Source of the DNA: Carcharhinus amblyrhynchos | Taxonomy: Eukaryota | Assembly: GCA_965287045.1 (NCBI GenBank) | Contig: OZ336894.1 | Location: forward strand, 14,942,001 to 15,006,000 | Length of the DNA: 64,000 bases | Direction: 5' to 3' | Part shown: in pieces, positions 12,363 through 24,313 of the stretch | How the letters are laid out: every line of letters begins with the position of its first letter | Numbering within the stretch: position 1 is the first letter of the stretch | Notes under the pieces: model-generated | Database searches by the model: none | Told to the model about the DNA's origin: nothing | What the model saw: only the letters and a program-made list of their open reading frames with translations | Position numbers and translations under genes: made by a program

Positions 12363-13159
12363 CCACTGGAAGGATTCTGCAGTAGTCAGCTGCAACTGCG
12401 GCAGGCAGTTTGGTGAGGTTGAAGTCAAGTGTGTTTTTTCTCCTTGTTAATTCCCTCACTATTTTGTGCAAATCCATTCTAAGATTTGGCCAATGTGATC
12501 AGTAGTGGCCACTCTTGAGCATTGAAGTCCCTCACCCAGAGTACATCCTACACTGAGTGGTATGATACCATGTGTATGATTATGTCAGGCTGGTGATTGA
12601 TTAGTTTGAGAGACAGCTCTCCAAATTGTGACAAGCCGCTGGATGTTTGCAAGGTAGACATTGCAAGTCTGGATTTGCCATTGTCATTTCCTGTGCCTAG
12701 GTCAATATCGGGTCGTTGGTCCGGTTTTATTCCTGTGAGACGTTTTAGCGGTCTGATACAACTGTGTGGCGTTCAATCATTAGTTGTGCCATTCAATCAT
12801 TAGTTGTGCCACCAGAGGGCATTTAAGAGTCACATCTAGGCCAGATCAGATAAGGACGGCAGATTTTTTCCCCTAAAAGACAATCAAGATTAGTTTCATG
12901 GTTATCAGTAGACTTTTAATTCCTTTTTTTTTTACTGAACTCTAATTCCACTATCTTTTGTGGTGGGATTTAACCCAGAACATTATCCTGCCTGAGTGTC
13001 TGGATTAGGAGTTCAATACCACTATATGTCACTTGTTTATTCACGCTCCTTTCTAAAGGTTGTATAAATTGCGGAGGTGCTGACCACAGTCTTTGAATCC
13101 TTATGGATGATGCTGAGCCCTAGAGAGTTGCTAATACACTCTTGTTTACAAAAGGATAA

Positions 13160-14955
13160 ATCACAGAAACATAAAGCGCAGAGGAGGCCCTTCGGCCCAT
13201 TGAATCTGCACTGACACATTAAAAACAGCTGAATTCCCACCTAATCCCATCTGCCAGCACTTTACCAACAGCCTTCATTGTTATGATGTGCCAAGTGCAC
13301 CCATCACTACTACCCTCCCAAGTAGCACATTCCAGACTGTTGTCACCCTCTGGCTAAAAAGGGTTTTCCTCACATTCTCTCCCCCGCCCCCCCTCATGAC
13401 TTATCCTGCAACTAAGGGGGACAGCTGTTCCTTATCTACTCTGTCCATGTGTCTCATAATCTTGTACACCTTGATCAGGTTGCCCCCTCAGTCTTCTCTG
13501 CCTCAGTGAAAACAGTAAAACAACCCACACAACCTCTCTTTATAACTTCCATCCCAGGCAGCATCCTGGCAAATCTCCTCTGTATCCCCTCCAAAACAAC
13601 CATATCTTTCCTATAACTGCATACGGTACTTTAGCTGTGGCCTCATCAAAGTTCTATACAACTCCAACATGACTTCTCTACTTTTGTAATCTATGCCTCG
13701 ATTGATAAAGGCAACTGTCCCATATGCCTTATTCACCACTCTGCTGGCATGCGCTTCTGCTTTCAGAGATCTGTGGACAAACATGCCAAGGTTCCTTTGC
13801 TCCACAGAACTTCCTAGTGTCCTATAATTTATTGAGTACTTCCTTGTCAAATTACTCCTCCCAAGGTGTATTACTTCATACTTAGATTCCATCTGCCACT
13901 TAACTGCCATTTGACCATCCATCTTTATCTTCTTGTAGCCTGAGACACTTTGCCTCACTGTTATCTACCCATCCGATCTTCGCGTTATCCACAAATTTAC
14001 TAACCCTACCCCCCACTTTGTCATCAATGTCATTTATATAAATGACAAATAAGAGGGTCATCTGCAGACTTAATAACCATGTCTCCTATTTTCTCATGCA
14101 AATCATTAATATAAATGACAAACAAGAGGACCGGCACTGATCCCTGAGGCACACCGCTGGTCACAGGTCTTCAGTTTGAAAAATAATTCTCTACAACCAC
14201 CCTCCGCCTTTTGTCAAGAAGCCAATTTTGTATCCACTTAGGTACCTCACCCTGGATCCTAAGAGATTTAACCTTATGCAACAACCTACCATGCATTACC
14301 TTGTCAAAGGCCTTACTAAAGTCCATCTGCTCTCATGTACCTTCTTGGTTACCCCTTCAAAAAACTCAATCAAATTTGTGAGACATGATTTTCCACTCAC
14401 AAAGCCATGCTGACTGTCCCTAATCAGTCCTTAAGTCTAAGTGCCTGTCGATCCTGTCTCTCAAAATACCTTTGAACAATTTATTCACCACAGATGTGAG
14501 GCTCACTGGCCTGTAGTTCCCAGGCTTTCCCCTGCAGACCTTTTTAAACAAAGGCACAACATTTGCCATTCTCCAATCTTCAGGGACCTCACCTGTGGCT
14601 ATTGATGATTCAGATATCTTGGCTAGGGGACAGCAGTTTCTTCCCTAGCCTCCCTGGGATACACCATCAGGTCCCAGGGATTTATCTACCTTGATGTGCT
14701 TTAAGACTTCCAGCACCACCACCTCTGTAACATGTACACCCCTCAAGACATCACCTTTTATTTCCCCAAGTTCCCTAACATCCATGCTTTTTCTCAACAG
14801 TAAATACTGATGAGAAATATTCATTTAGAATCTCACCCATCTCTTGTGGATGACCTTTTTGATCCTCAAGAAACCCTATTCCCTCCCTTGTAACTCTTTT
14901 ACCCTTTTATGTATTTGTAGAAGCTCTTTGTATTCTCCTTTGCCTTATCTGCCAA
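13160..14955 (-). mobile_element. CR1/HER1 LINE, degraded (probably two joined segments)
   Basis: ORF 13611-13958 (VIHLGRSN...IDYKSREVMLELYRTLMRPQL), GVPQGSV at ~14140, and a 3' tail at 13160-13215. Confidence 0.85.
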
Positions 14956-15163
14956 AACTTGATTGAGTTTGTGGATGAGGACAATGCAGTTGATGTGTAT
15001 ATGGACTTGCAAAAAGTGTTTGGAGTCCATATATGTAGGGCATGGTTAATAGGCTCCATTTCTCAGGGGTCTCCTCATAACTATAGTGTGCCGTCCCTTC
15101 AGTGAATCTGGTGAATATCTGCAGCAGTGAGTTGGCTTCGACATGATGTGCTTATAGAATTAT

Positions 15164-15288
15164 AGCTAGAATTCTACTACCCTACCTGCCACAGAATCGG
15201 AGTGGGTGAAGGGTGGACAATAGAAATGTCTGTTGACCTCAGGCGGTAATTTCTAGTCTCACTCGAAGAAGGCTGTAAAATCCCGTCC
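15164..15288. mobile_element. Short MITE, GGGCnGRATTTT-type TIRs (Harbinger-like)
   Basis: Ends GCTAGAATTCTAC ... GTAAAATCCCGTCC; related to the elements at 16541 and 16682. Confidence 0.45.
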
Positions 15289-15599
15289 ATAGAATCCCTG
15301 CAGTGCAGAAGGTGGCCATTCGGCCCACTGAGCCTGCACAAGTATCTCAGACTCTATCCCCATAACCCCACATATTTGCTCTGCTAATACCCCTGACACT
15401 AGGTCAATTTAGCATAACCAATCAACCTAACCCCACACATTTTTGGACTGTGGGAGGAAACTGGAGCACTCGAACGAAATCACAAAGACAAGGGAAGAAC
15501 ATGCAGACTCTGTACAGACAGTGACCAGAGGCCGGATTTGAACCTGGGTCCCTGGTGCTATGAAGCGGCAGCACTAATCACTATACCACCATGCTGCCC
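15289..15599 (-). mobile_element. HE1 (V-SINE)
   Basis: GGGCAGCATGGTGGTATAGTGATTAGTGCTGCC head, V-domain and tail GGGCCGAATGGCCACCTTCTGCACTGCAGGGATTCTATG. Confidence 0.9.
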
Positions 15600-16540
15600 G
15601 TTATTTGCTTAATGATTCCTGTTCTGCTGTGTTAACCTTTTTCTTGAAGAACAAAATGAATGAATGTAATAATGTATGGAGAAAAAGATACCCGTAGCAT
15701 TTATAACAGATTAAAAATCTGTGCAAACTTGTATGAAAAAGCTTTATCTTATTAGCACAACTTTTCTTTCACACTAACTTCTGCTGCCACTGAACAGAAA
15801 AAGGAAATTGGGATGTCAGCTCCCACTCAGTCTTCTCTAAATGCTGGTGTAACTGTGCATATGCTGCCCACCTCAACTCCCTCCTCTGCTGCGCCCTTTC
15901 CTGCTTCTCTTCCTCGCTTTTGGATAAGGGGGAAATAGGAAGCAGTCAGAAGAGCAGAGGGAACAGGGGAGTGAGGTGGGAGGGAATGGGGCAAATGGCA
16001 GAGGCAGAGAGATGGTGAGCAGGAAGGGAATGGGGTACAAGACTTCATGAAGGGAACCAGAACAGTGGTGTTTTCTTGTCTGTTTGGTCTTTGCCATCTT
16101 TAATGCAGGCAGATGCTTGTAATGTTGCTATCAGTAATGTCACAAGTAGTGAAACTGCATGTGTGGGGAATGTATCTCTCTAGTCATGGCATCAGCAAGC
16201 ATAGTCTGTCTTTCATAAATTCCTAAGGCTGGCCAAATTTGATTGACTAACTATTGATGTAAAATTATTATGCTGTAATTAAACTTCCTGCCGTTGGTGG
16301 TGCTGCAATGCCTCACTTTTGATCTAAAGTGGATGGCCCCGTTTCCTCATGTTGAGCCATTGGAAAGGAGAAAGAAAAGGGGCATGGATGATAGTGCCAA
16401 AATAAGAAATAGGAAGGTATTAGGTAGATCAGATTCAGATTTGTTTACAGTGCGCATACATGAGCACATGAAGCCTGTTAACTTGGTTGGTGCTCTGTAA
16501 ATGCACGTAGTCACATAGGAATATGATGTGATGAGACCTG

Positions 16541-16810
16541 GAGGCTGGAATTTTACCTGCACACCTGCCCCGATTCCGGAGGCGGGCTCGGCTCAAGAAC
16601 AGCGTTCTCCGTTGGCCTAGGGTAGACATGCCAGTAAAATTCTGCCCAGAAGGTCTGGATGCTGAATATTCCCAGATATAAGAGGTAGGATTTTCTGGCC
16701 AAGCTTGCCCCAAGATCAGAAAACCCCATCCAAGGTCAATGGGCCTTTGCATAGTCAATGTCCCACCCACTATAATTCCCATGGTGGATGGAATGGTGAA
16801 ATTCTTTCCC
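16541..16810. mobile_element. Two adjacent short MITEs (16541-16647, 16682-16810), Harbinger-like
   Basis: GGCTGGAATTTTAC...GTAAAATTCTGCCC and GGTAGGATTTTC...GTGAAATTCTTTCCC terminal inverted repeats. Confidence 0.55.
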
Positions 16811-17815
16811 AGGTGTTTGGGGAAAGAAAGGAAGATGAATGGAAGTACTAACTGTTGGAGAATATGGCTGTGCTAGAAAGAGGAATCAACGACAGAGGCT
16901 ATTTGGCTTAAGGTTTAAAAAAAAACAGAGGTAGACTTATTACTGGGTGAATTCGAAAGGCCATTAACTTGTTAATGATATGGAAAAACAAATCTGCAGG
17001 GCAAGTTAAAAAGTGCAAAAGCTATGAAGCACTTATAATGGGGACTTCAATGATCATAATATAGACTGGATTAGAATAGTAATAGTATAAAGGGCAGAGA
17101 TGAGGAAGACTTTTAATGTGTGTTCAGGAGAATTTTCTTGATCTATATTTTTCAATCTAGTGAAGAGACTTGATGGATCTGACTCTAGGTAACGAGGTAA
17201 CAATGAAGGAAATTCAGCACCAAATTGGAGAATGGGTCTCAGGTAAATTGGAATCAAAAATTATCTGGCAAAATGGTAAAGAAACAATGGTTCAGCTATA
17301 GTCGGAGTACATTGCAGTGAGGGGGAACGTCGACAAACAAAACCAGTGCTTCTCGGATGACCAACGAGATGGAGACAAAGATGAAGCCAAGAAAGGGTGT
17401 ATATAACAGATGTGAGGTTGATAATTCAAGTGAGAACCAGGCTGAAAACATACTCTGAGCCCACTCCACAACCTACAAACTGGTAACTCTTAATGGCACA
17501 CATCCTCGTGGCTTGCAAATTTCAACATCTGTAACCAGGTAACTAACCTGAGTGGAAAATCCCAGGTTTCAACTTTCTACCAAAAATCTGGATAATTTTC
17601 AGCTGCTTAAGAACAACGGGGAAGATGTGTGCTCCACAAGGGAACATGAGGAACAACTTGAATTGTGACTGTTATCAGCCAAGCCAGACCGTAGCCTAGA
17701 TGTTTAACTCCTGTCCTGAGAAATCTATCCCCGATGGTATCACGATCATTCACATTGTGTTAGTGGAAGCTGTTGAATGGATTGTTAACCTTCTCATTGA
17801 ACTACAAGTATTAAT

Positions 17816-20272
17816 CATAAGAACATAAGAAATAGGAGCAGGAGTAGGCCATCTAGCCCTTCGAGCCTGCCCCGCCATTCAATAAGATCATGGCTGATCT
17901 GTCGTGGCTCAGTTCCACATTCCCGCCCTCTCCCCATAACCCTTAATCCCCTCGCTTATCAAAAACCCATCAACCCGCGTCTTAAAAATATTTAGCGAGG
18001 TAGCCTCCACCACTTCAACGGGCAGAGAATTCCAGAGATTCACCACCCTTTGAGTGAAGAAGTTCCTCCTCAACTCCGTTCTAAACCGCCCCCCCCCCCC
18101 CCCCTTTATCTTGAGGCTGTGCCCCTTAGTCCTACTATCCTTTCTGAGCAGGAAGAGTATCTCCACCTCTATCCTATCCATCCCATTCATCATCTTATAT
18201 GTCTCAATGAGATCTCCCCTCATTCTTCTAAACTCTAACGAGTACAAGCCTAGTTTATTCAGCCTCTCCTCATAGTTCAACCCCCTCAACTCCAGCATCA
18301 GCCTAGTAAACCTCCTCTGCACTCCCTCCAAGGCCAAAATATCCTTGCGTAAGTACGGCGCCCAAAACTGCACACAGTACTCCAGCTGCGGCCTCACCAA
18401 TGCCCTATACAGCTGCAGCAAGACCTCCCTACTTTTATATTCAATCCCCCTCGCTATGAAGGCCAGCATCCCATTAGCCTTCCTGACCACCTGCTGCACC
18501 TGCAAGCTGGGTTTTTGCGACTCATGCACAAGGACCCCGAGGTCCCTCTGCACCGTCGCCTGCTGCAGTTTTTCACCACGTAAGTAATAGTCCTTCCTAC
18601 CATTATTCCTACCAAAGTGGACCACCTCGCACTTCCCAACATTAAATTCCATTTGCCATTTCCTGGCCCATTCGCCCAGCCTATCTAGATCCTTCTGTAG
18701 ACTCTCCACACCCTCTGCACAATTTGCCGTTCCACCAATCTTGGTGTCATCAGCAAATTTCGACACCCTACACTCGGTTCCCTCCTCCAGATCATCTATA
18801 TAAATGGTAAATAGCTGAGGCCCCAGCACCGACCCCTGAGGCACTCCACTAGTCACCATCCGCCAATCCGAATAGCACCCATTGACCCCCACTCTCTGCC
18901 TCCTATTTGACAACCAATCCTCTATCCACGCTAACACCCTACCCCCAACTCCATGTCTCCTGACCTTCTGCAATAACCTCTTGTGAGGTACCTTGTCAAA
19001 CGCCTTCTGAAAATCAAGAAAGACCACATCCACTGGCTCTCCTCTATCCACCGCCCTAGACACATCCTCATAGAACTCCAGTAAATTTGTCAGACACGAC
19101 TTCCCTTTAATGAAACCGCGCTGCGTCTGCTCTATGAAGGAGTTCCCCTCAAGATGCCTCGCTATTTCCTCCTTGATGACGGATTCTAACATTTTACCTA
19201 CAACAGACGTTAAACTAACCGGCCTATAATTCCCTGCCTTTTGCCTGCCACCCTTCTTAAACAACGGCGTAACATTAGCCGTTTTCCAATCTTCTGGCAC
19301 TTCCCTGGAATCCAGCGACGTCTGGAAACTAACCACCAAGGCATCCACTATCACCTCCGCCATTTCTTTCAAAACCCTTGGATGCATTCCATCCGGTCCT
19401 GGCGACTTGTCCACAATCAGCCCCTCCAGTCTGTCGAGCACTGCCTCTCTAGTAACAGTAATGTCATTAAGACCCTCCAGTCCTACCACCTTTCCATCTC
19501 TAACACCCGGCAAATTATTCACGTCCTCCTCCGTGAAGACAGAAACAAAAAAGTTATTCAAGACCTTAGCCATATCCCCATCCCCTACCACTAAGTCCCC
19601 CCTCCCATCCTCTAAGGGACCAACGTTCACCCTAGCCAGCCTCTTCCTTTTTATATATTTATAAAAACTCTTGCTATCCTTTTTTATATTAAGCGCTAGC
19701 CCAGCTTCACAGTTTCTCCTACCCTTCTTTATCAACTTCTTTGTCAATCTTTGTTGACATTTAAACCTCTCTGAATCCTCTTCTCACCCACTACTCTTAG
19801 CTACTCTAAACGCCTCCGCTTTTAATTTAACACGTTCCTTCACCTCCTTCGTTATCCACGGCTTATTACCTTTCCTCCTACTGTCCTTTCTGACCATCGG
19901 AATAAATTTCTGCTGAGCACCAAGAAAGATCTCCTTAAAGATCCTCCACTGCTCCTCAGCAGACCTACCTTCCAACGCGCTCCCCCAGTCCACATTCGCC
20001 AATTCTTCTCTCATCCTACCGTACTCCCCTCTGTTCAAACAAAGGACGCACGTCCGGGAACCCACTTTCTCCTCCTCCATCTGCACCAGAAACTCCTCCA
20101 TACAATGATCACTCTCCCCAAGAGGATCCTTCACGGCAAGGTCCCTAATTCTACCCGCCTCATTACATTGCACCAGATCCAAGATAGCTCGCTCCCTCGT
20201 CGGCTCCAACACACACTGTTCAAGGAAACTATCCCGGCAGCATTCCAAGAACAACTCCTCGAGCCCACCGCG
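17816..20272 (-). mobile_element. Young 5'-truncated CR1/HER1 LINE
   Basis: EN C-terminus (PTRERAILDL, LGESDH), full RT, 3' UTR stem GGCTCGAAGGGCTAGATGGCC and (TTCTTATG)2 tail; CpG-rich. Confidence 0.97.
17909..19747 (-). CDS. CR1 ORF2 reverse transcriptase, open for 612 codons; continues in frame upstream across one TGA at 19784-19786
   Basis: [77 protein letters not shown]. Confidence 0.92.
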   Translation of the reverse strand: MTKKLIKKGRRNCEAGLALNIKKDSKSFYKYIKRKRLARVNVGPLEDGRGDLVVGDGDMAKVLNNFFVSVFTEEDVNNLPGVRDGKVVGLEGLNDITVTREAVLDRLEGLIVDKSPGPDGMHPRVLKEMAEVIVDALVVSFQTSLDSREVPEDWKTANVTPLFKKGGRQKAGNYRPVSLTSVVGKMLESVIKEEIARHLEGNSFIEQTQRGFIKGKSCLTNLLEFYEDVSRAVDRGEPVDVVFLDFQKAFDKVPHKRLLQKVRRHGVGGRVLAWIEDWLSNRRQRVGVNGCYSDWRMVTSGVPQGSVLGPQLFTIYIDDLEEGTECRVSKFADDTKIGGTANCAEGVESLQKDLDRLGEWARKWQMEFNVGKCEVVHFGRNNGRKDYYLRGEKLQQATVQRDLGVLVHESQKPSLQVQQVVRKANGMLAFIARGIEYKSREVLLQLYRALVRPQLEYCVQFWAPYLRKDILALEGVQRRFTRLMLELRGLNYEERLNKLGLYSLEFRRMRGDLIETYKMMNGMDRIEVEILFLLRKDSRTKGHSLKIKGGGGGRFRTELRRNFFTQRVVNLWNSLPVEVVEATSLNIFKTRVDGFLISEGIKGYGERAGMWN

Positions 20273-20690
20273 TCCAACATGCTTGATCAACTCTGCTAGG
20301 CAGGCCATGTCGTCTGCATGCCTGAAATGTGACTTCAGAAACAAACACTCTGCTCTACTTGGAGAGCTACAACACAGCAAGTGAACCCCAGGTGGGCAGA
20401 GGGACACCCTAAAAGCCTCTTTGAAAAAATGCAACATTCTCACTCACACCTGGAATCCCTGGCCCAAGACCACCTGAAGAGGAGGAAAAGAATCCGGGAA
20501 AGAACTGAACACAGTTTTATTGCCAAGAGCAAGATGAAGCTGAGGGTTGCGGTGAAAAGAACGTGGCAATCTCGGCTCTCCACCCTCCTGGTCCTCTGAC
20601 CACCATCTGCTCCGTTTGTGACACAGGTTAGGTGGTGCATTGGGCTCCCCATATCTGAAATTCATTTTTTGTGTGGAAGCAGACAGCCAT
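20273..20690 (+). mobile_element. RTE-clade LINE 3' fragment
   Basis: Decayed QLxWAGHVVxMP...LLYxEL...GGQ...DTLKASLKKCNIxTxTWESLAQD; ends GGAAGCAGACAGCCATACC followed by an A-run. Confidence 0.75.
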
Positions 20691-21939
20691 ACCAAAAAAA
20701 GTCCTTTAAAAGATCATTTTGACTGGAATGGTTTCACTTTGTTGTTTAGTCTTTTTTCTGGTATTAACAGAGGAATTTCTCACCATTCGATATATTTGAA
20801 TGGTGAACCAGACTGAGATGTCATTTCCATGCAGCTTATGGAACGCACCTCAGACTGCAACTTTAGATTTTTATGATTAACTGCACACGTGATTGCTGTA
20901 AATTGCTGATTTATGCATAAATAATAGTGAATAATTAACATTATTCCCTAATGAAATATGGCCCACTGCCTTTTGATAAATATTGTGAACAGAGGAAAAA
21001 ATTACAAATCTGTCCCAGTTTGGCTAAGAATTCAGATGGCTGTGGTCAAAACTTCTCATCAGTGCATGAATTCATGATGAAACACAGTTGCTGCGTTTTA
21101 TAACCTTTTGTGGAATGTGATCAAAGATTTTTAAAGTGCACTTTCAAGTTTCCCTGCTTTAGTTTCCCTCAGAACAGGAAATGCAGCTTAGTTTTCATTT
21201 TTTCTTTGCAATATTACATTACTGGTGGTCAGATATTATCAGCAGGAACTGGAAAATAAAAGATTTATTTTGACAGGAGATAATAGTTAGTAATTAAATG
21301 CAGTAATTGAAAAACAATTGCGCTATGCTGGAGGCTGAAAAACTTGGAAGAACGCATAACTTTTATCAAAAATTCATCACAATACAAATTTTGTGTAAAT
21401 TTCTATCTAGTAAATATTCAATTTTGTATATGCATTTGGTTTTTAATGCAGCAGTGAAATCATCCAGCATTTTATGCTGAGGTTAGAAATATGTTGTTCT
21501 GTTGCGCTGTCTGTGATGCAAAAGAAAGGGCTACCATGCAGCTCATAGCAATTAGGCAACTGTATAGGTAGGCAAGAGCCTCATGTAGTTACTCAAGTCA
21601 GAGCCCTATTACGTCACTATGACCCTGGAAGTATTTTAGCACAGACTTGGGTCAAAAAACTTTCCCACCAGGTGGCGGCAAATTTGCAGTTGTCAGGGAG
21701 GACAAAGAGTCTCAAAACTTACTGAAAAACATTCCTTAGTGGGGTTCCCACTATCTTCACTTCAGCGATTTTAATTTATTTTAAATAGCTGAGTGTGCAC
21801 ACCATTAGGACCTGAGTTATTCCCCCCCTTAAATTTTACTAATCTTCTTTAAAAAAAACATTTTTAATTGGGAAAATGAAAGACTGTGTACAGCACCTGC
21901 CCAACAAGCTGATAAACTGTGTACAACCTCCTTCCCAAT

Positions 21940-22990
21940 GAGCTGTGCTAAACCATTTGCCTCTATCCTAAAGAAAGTCCTTCACCCAGTCTTGGGCAAA
22001 GTCAAGGTCGAAAGAAAAAAGGTGCAGCAGCAAATGGTTATGTCACCATGCCAACTAAATGGCGTTTGGATATGGTTATAATCCCAAACTCACCTGCTCT
22101 AATAAGAATTTGTGTGGATTTAACTCGACTAAATAAAGCAGTGGAATGTGAGACCCACGCAATGGTCTGTGGATGAGAGCCTCACAAAACTAGCTAAGGG
22201 CAATTAATTTTCCAATTCGGATGTCAAGAGTGGATTCTGACAGTTGCCTCTTGACAAATAATCCAGCATGCTGACCATGTTTATAATGCCCTTCAGTCGT
22301 TATTGTTTCAATAGATTGCCCTGTGGAATCATGCCTACTCTGGAAATTTTCCTGAGAAATACATCCATGGAAGCAGGATCATGGGAGGGGAGCATGATAA
22401 AAGAATTAGAGCAGTTCAGAAAGCCTTACAGGATGCAGGCCTAACATTGAAAATAAGTCTGTCAAACCCATGATTACGTTTCTAGGTCACAAGCCACTGG
22501 GATCACAGTTGATCTACAAAAAGTGAAAATTAGAAGAAATTTCTGCAACCCAGGAAACATAACTGAGCTTCAAAGGTTTCTAGGGATGGCAAATCAAGTA
22601 CACAAGTTCTGACCAAATTTAGCAGAGATCAACAAGCCCTTGAAACAGCTGTGGAGATAGGAGGAAAAGAAGTGCTGGCACATGGATCAATCAAGTGCAC
22701 TTGAAATGATTAAACAACTTTAATCTCTTCTGAAATCTTGGTACATTATGGTCCATACTTATCAACCATAGCTGTGGATGCATTGTCTATAGGTCTGGGG
22801 ACAGTACTGTTTCAAATGCAAAAAGATGGCAAGTGTAGACCAGTCTACTAATACCTTGGCCACTGACAGAAGCAGAACATCAATATGCTGTAATATAAAA
22901 GTAGGCTTTGGCAGTCCTTTGTGGGTGGGTGGAAAATTTTCAGACTGTTATGAAGACTGTTGTATCTTGCCAACCAGAAAAAAGTCCATT
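21940..22990 (+). mobile_element. Gypsy LTR retrotransposon pol relic (RT-RNase H)
   Basis: IRICVDLTRLNKAV, DVKSGFxQLPL, PFSRYCFNRLPCGI, ELQRFLGMANQ, VDALSIGLGTVLFQ, LTEAEHQYAVI; many stops and frameshifts. Confidence 0.85.
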
Positions 22991-23009
22991 TATGCCTATT
23001 CTCGGTTTC

Positions 23010-23625
23010 CTGTTAGCTAGCCAATCTTCTATGTCAGTATGTTACTCCCCCTGCATCATAAACTTTTATTTTCTGCAATAGCCTAAGAATTGGGATCTTG
23101 TCAATACCTCCTGGAAATTTATGTACAGTATAGCCATCAGTTCCCTTTTTATTCACACGGCACATGTCCCAAAGAACTCCAATAAATTAAACATGATCTC
23201 CCTTTCACAAAACCATGTTGGCTCTGCCTGCTGATTACCTTGAATTTATTTAAAAGCTCTGATACATTGCCTGAAATAATAGTTACTAACATCTTTCCTA
23301 TGACTGATGTTAAGCTAGCTGGCTTGCTTTTTGTTTCCCTCCTTTTGAATAGTTTAAAATATTGATCTTGGATCCATTCTTCTTTCTGTCAAATTGAATG
23401 TAAAATTCAATCATATAATGATTGCTGATATACAGGGGTGCTTGCGCAGTGAGGTCAATAATTAATCCTGTCATGTTGCAAAATACCAGGTCTGAGTACA
23501 TTCTGTTGTCTGGTAGGGTCAGAATGTGCCATTCTAATCAACTATCCTGAAAAAGTTCTCTGAACTTCTCATTTAGGCTACCTTTGCCCATCTGATTTTT
23601 CCACTTTATATGTAGTTTAAAGTCT
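23010..23625 (-). mobile_element. Old CR1 fragments inside the Gypsy relic
   Basis: Reverse complement resembles QHGFVKGRSC, KVFDK and the EN motif NHYMIEFYIQF (ORF 23310-23501). Confidence 0.6.
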
Positions 23626-24274
23626 GTCATGATGATGGAGAATAAAACGTGGAATTATACACAGAAATATTGGACTTTAAAAAGACTGGAGTTTTTGATT
23701 TCAAAAATGGACCCGAAAGTTTCTGAGGATATACAACTAGCCACTGAAGAATGGCTGCAGGACATTTCTCTAAGGAATATAGGTGTTCCAGGCAAGGTAG
23801 CTCTAATAGAATCCAAAGATTGATTACCAGCTCTGGTAAAAACAGAGGAACATAATGACTGTGCGTTTATGTGCTGTGAGAAATGGCAGCTGGAGGTTTG
23901 CCATGCTGAAGGTGATACACTAACCTAAACAGAACAAATGATGAAGAATCAACTATTCACCAGCAGAAGCCAGCTACTGGAATCAACTTGTATCAGCTGC
24001 CCAGAAATTGAAACCCATTTTTCCTGCACCAGTCTTTGAGTGCTGTATTCATCTTCAGAATTTTATTCACCCAGTTTGCTTGTGGCTCAGGTAATAACAG
24101 ATATTATTACCCCTGAAGTTCTGCTTTACAAAGTGTCATGCAAGGGCACAACAATCCGGTGATCAGCTTTTACTCGTTTACCATAAACAGCTAAGAGTAA
24201 AAGGAACCATTATTTTTAACAAGGCTGTGGGAGTGCCTGGGAATGGACTTTTTGAATTTAAGGGATAACCTTCC

Positions 24275-24313
24275 ATACCGTTCAGCCTTTTGGCTAAGAT
24301 CAAGTGTAGTATC
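24275..24313 (+). pseudogene. RNU2: U2 snRNA 5' fragment (about nt 1-40, ending just after the branch-point recognition sequence GTAGTA)
   Basis: GCCTTTTGGCTAAGATCAAGTGTAGTATC is identical to vertebrate U2; a second partial copy CTTGGCCTTTTGGCTAAGAT lies at 24381-24400. Confidence 0.9.

Larger units (their letters stand above)
10028..13035 (-). mobile_element. CR1-group LINE family B, near full-length with internal deletions: tRNA-like head, APE endonuclease, RT, 3' tail
   Basis: Minus strand: A/B-box head (13032-12965), LANIQRLV/GELSLKLINHQPDIII (EN N-terminus), GDFN, TRRKNTLD, GMFADD (ORF 10622-10816) and tail CAATAAATGC..GCTAGCCAGC. Confidence 0.8.

Noticed and set aside
12772-12811. 20-bp tandem duplication TTCAATCATTAGTTGTGCCA x2
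   Set aside because: Ordinary local slippage inside an old LINE.
16294-16420. Possible exon ending AAG|GTATTA (ERRKKRGMDDSAKIRNRK)
   Set aside because: Weak donor, no convincing acceptor and no recognised homology.
19784-20443. 219-aa ORF as an independent gene
   Set aside because: Chimeric: the first ~57 codons are antisense RTE sequence and the rest is the truncated CR1 endonuclease/linker.
24275-24313. Functional U2 snRNA gene
   Set aside because: Only ~40 nt match; stem II, the Sm site and the 3' stems are absent.
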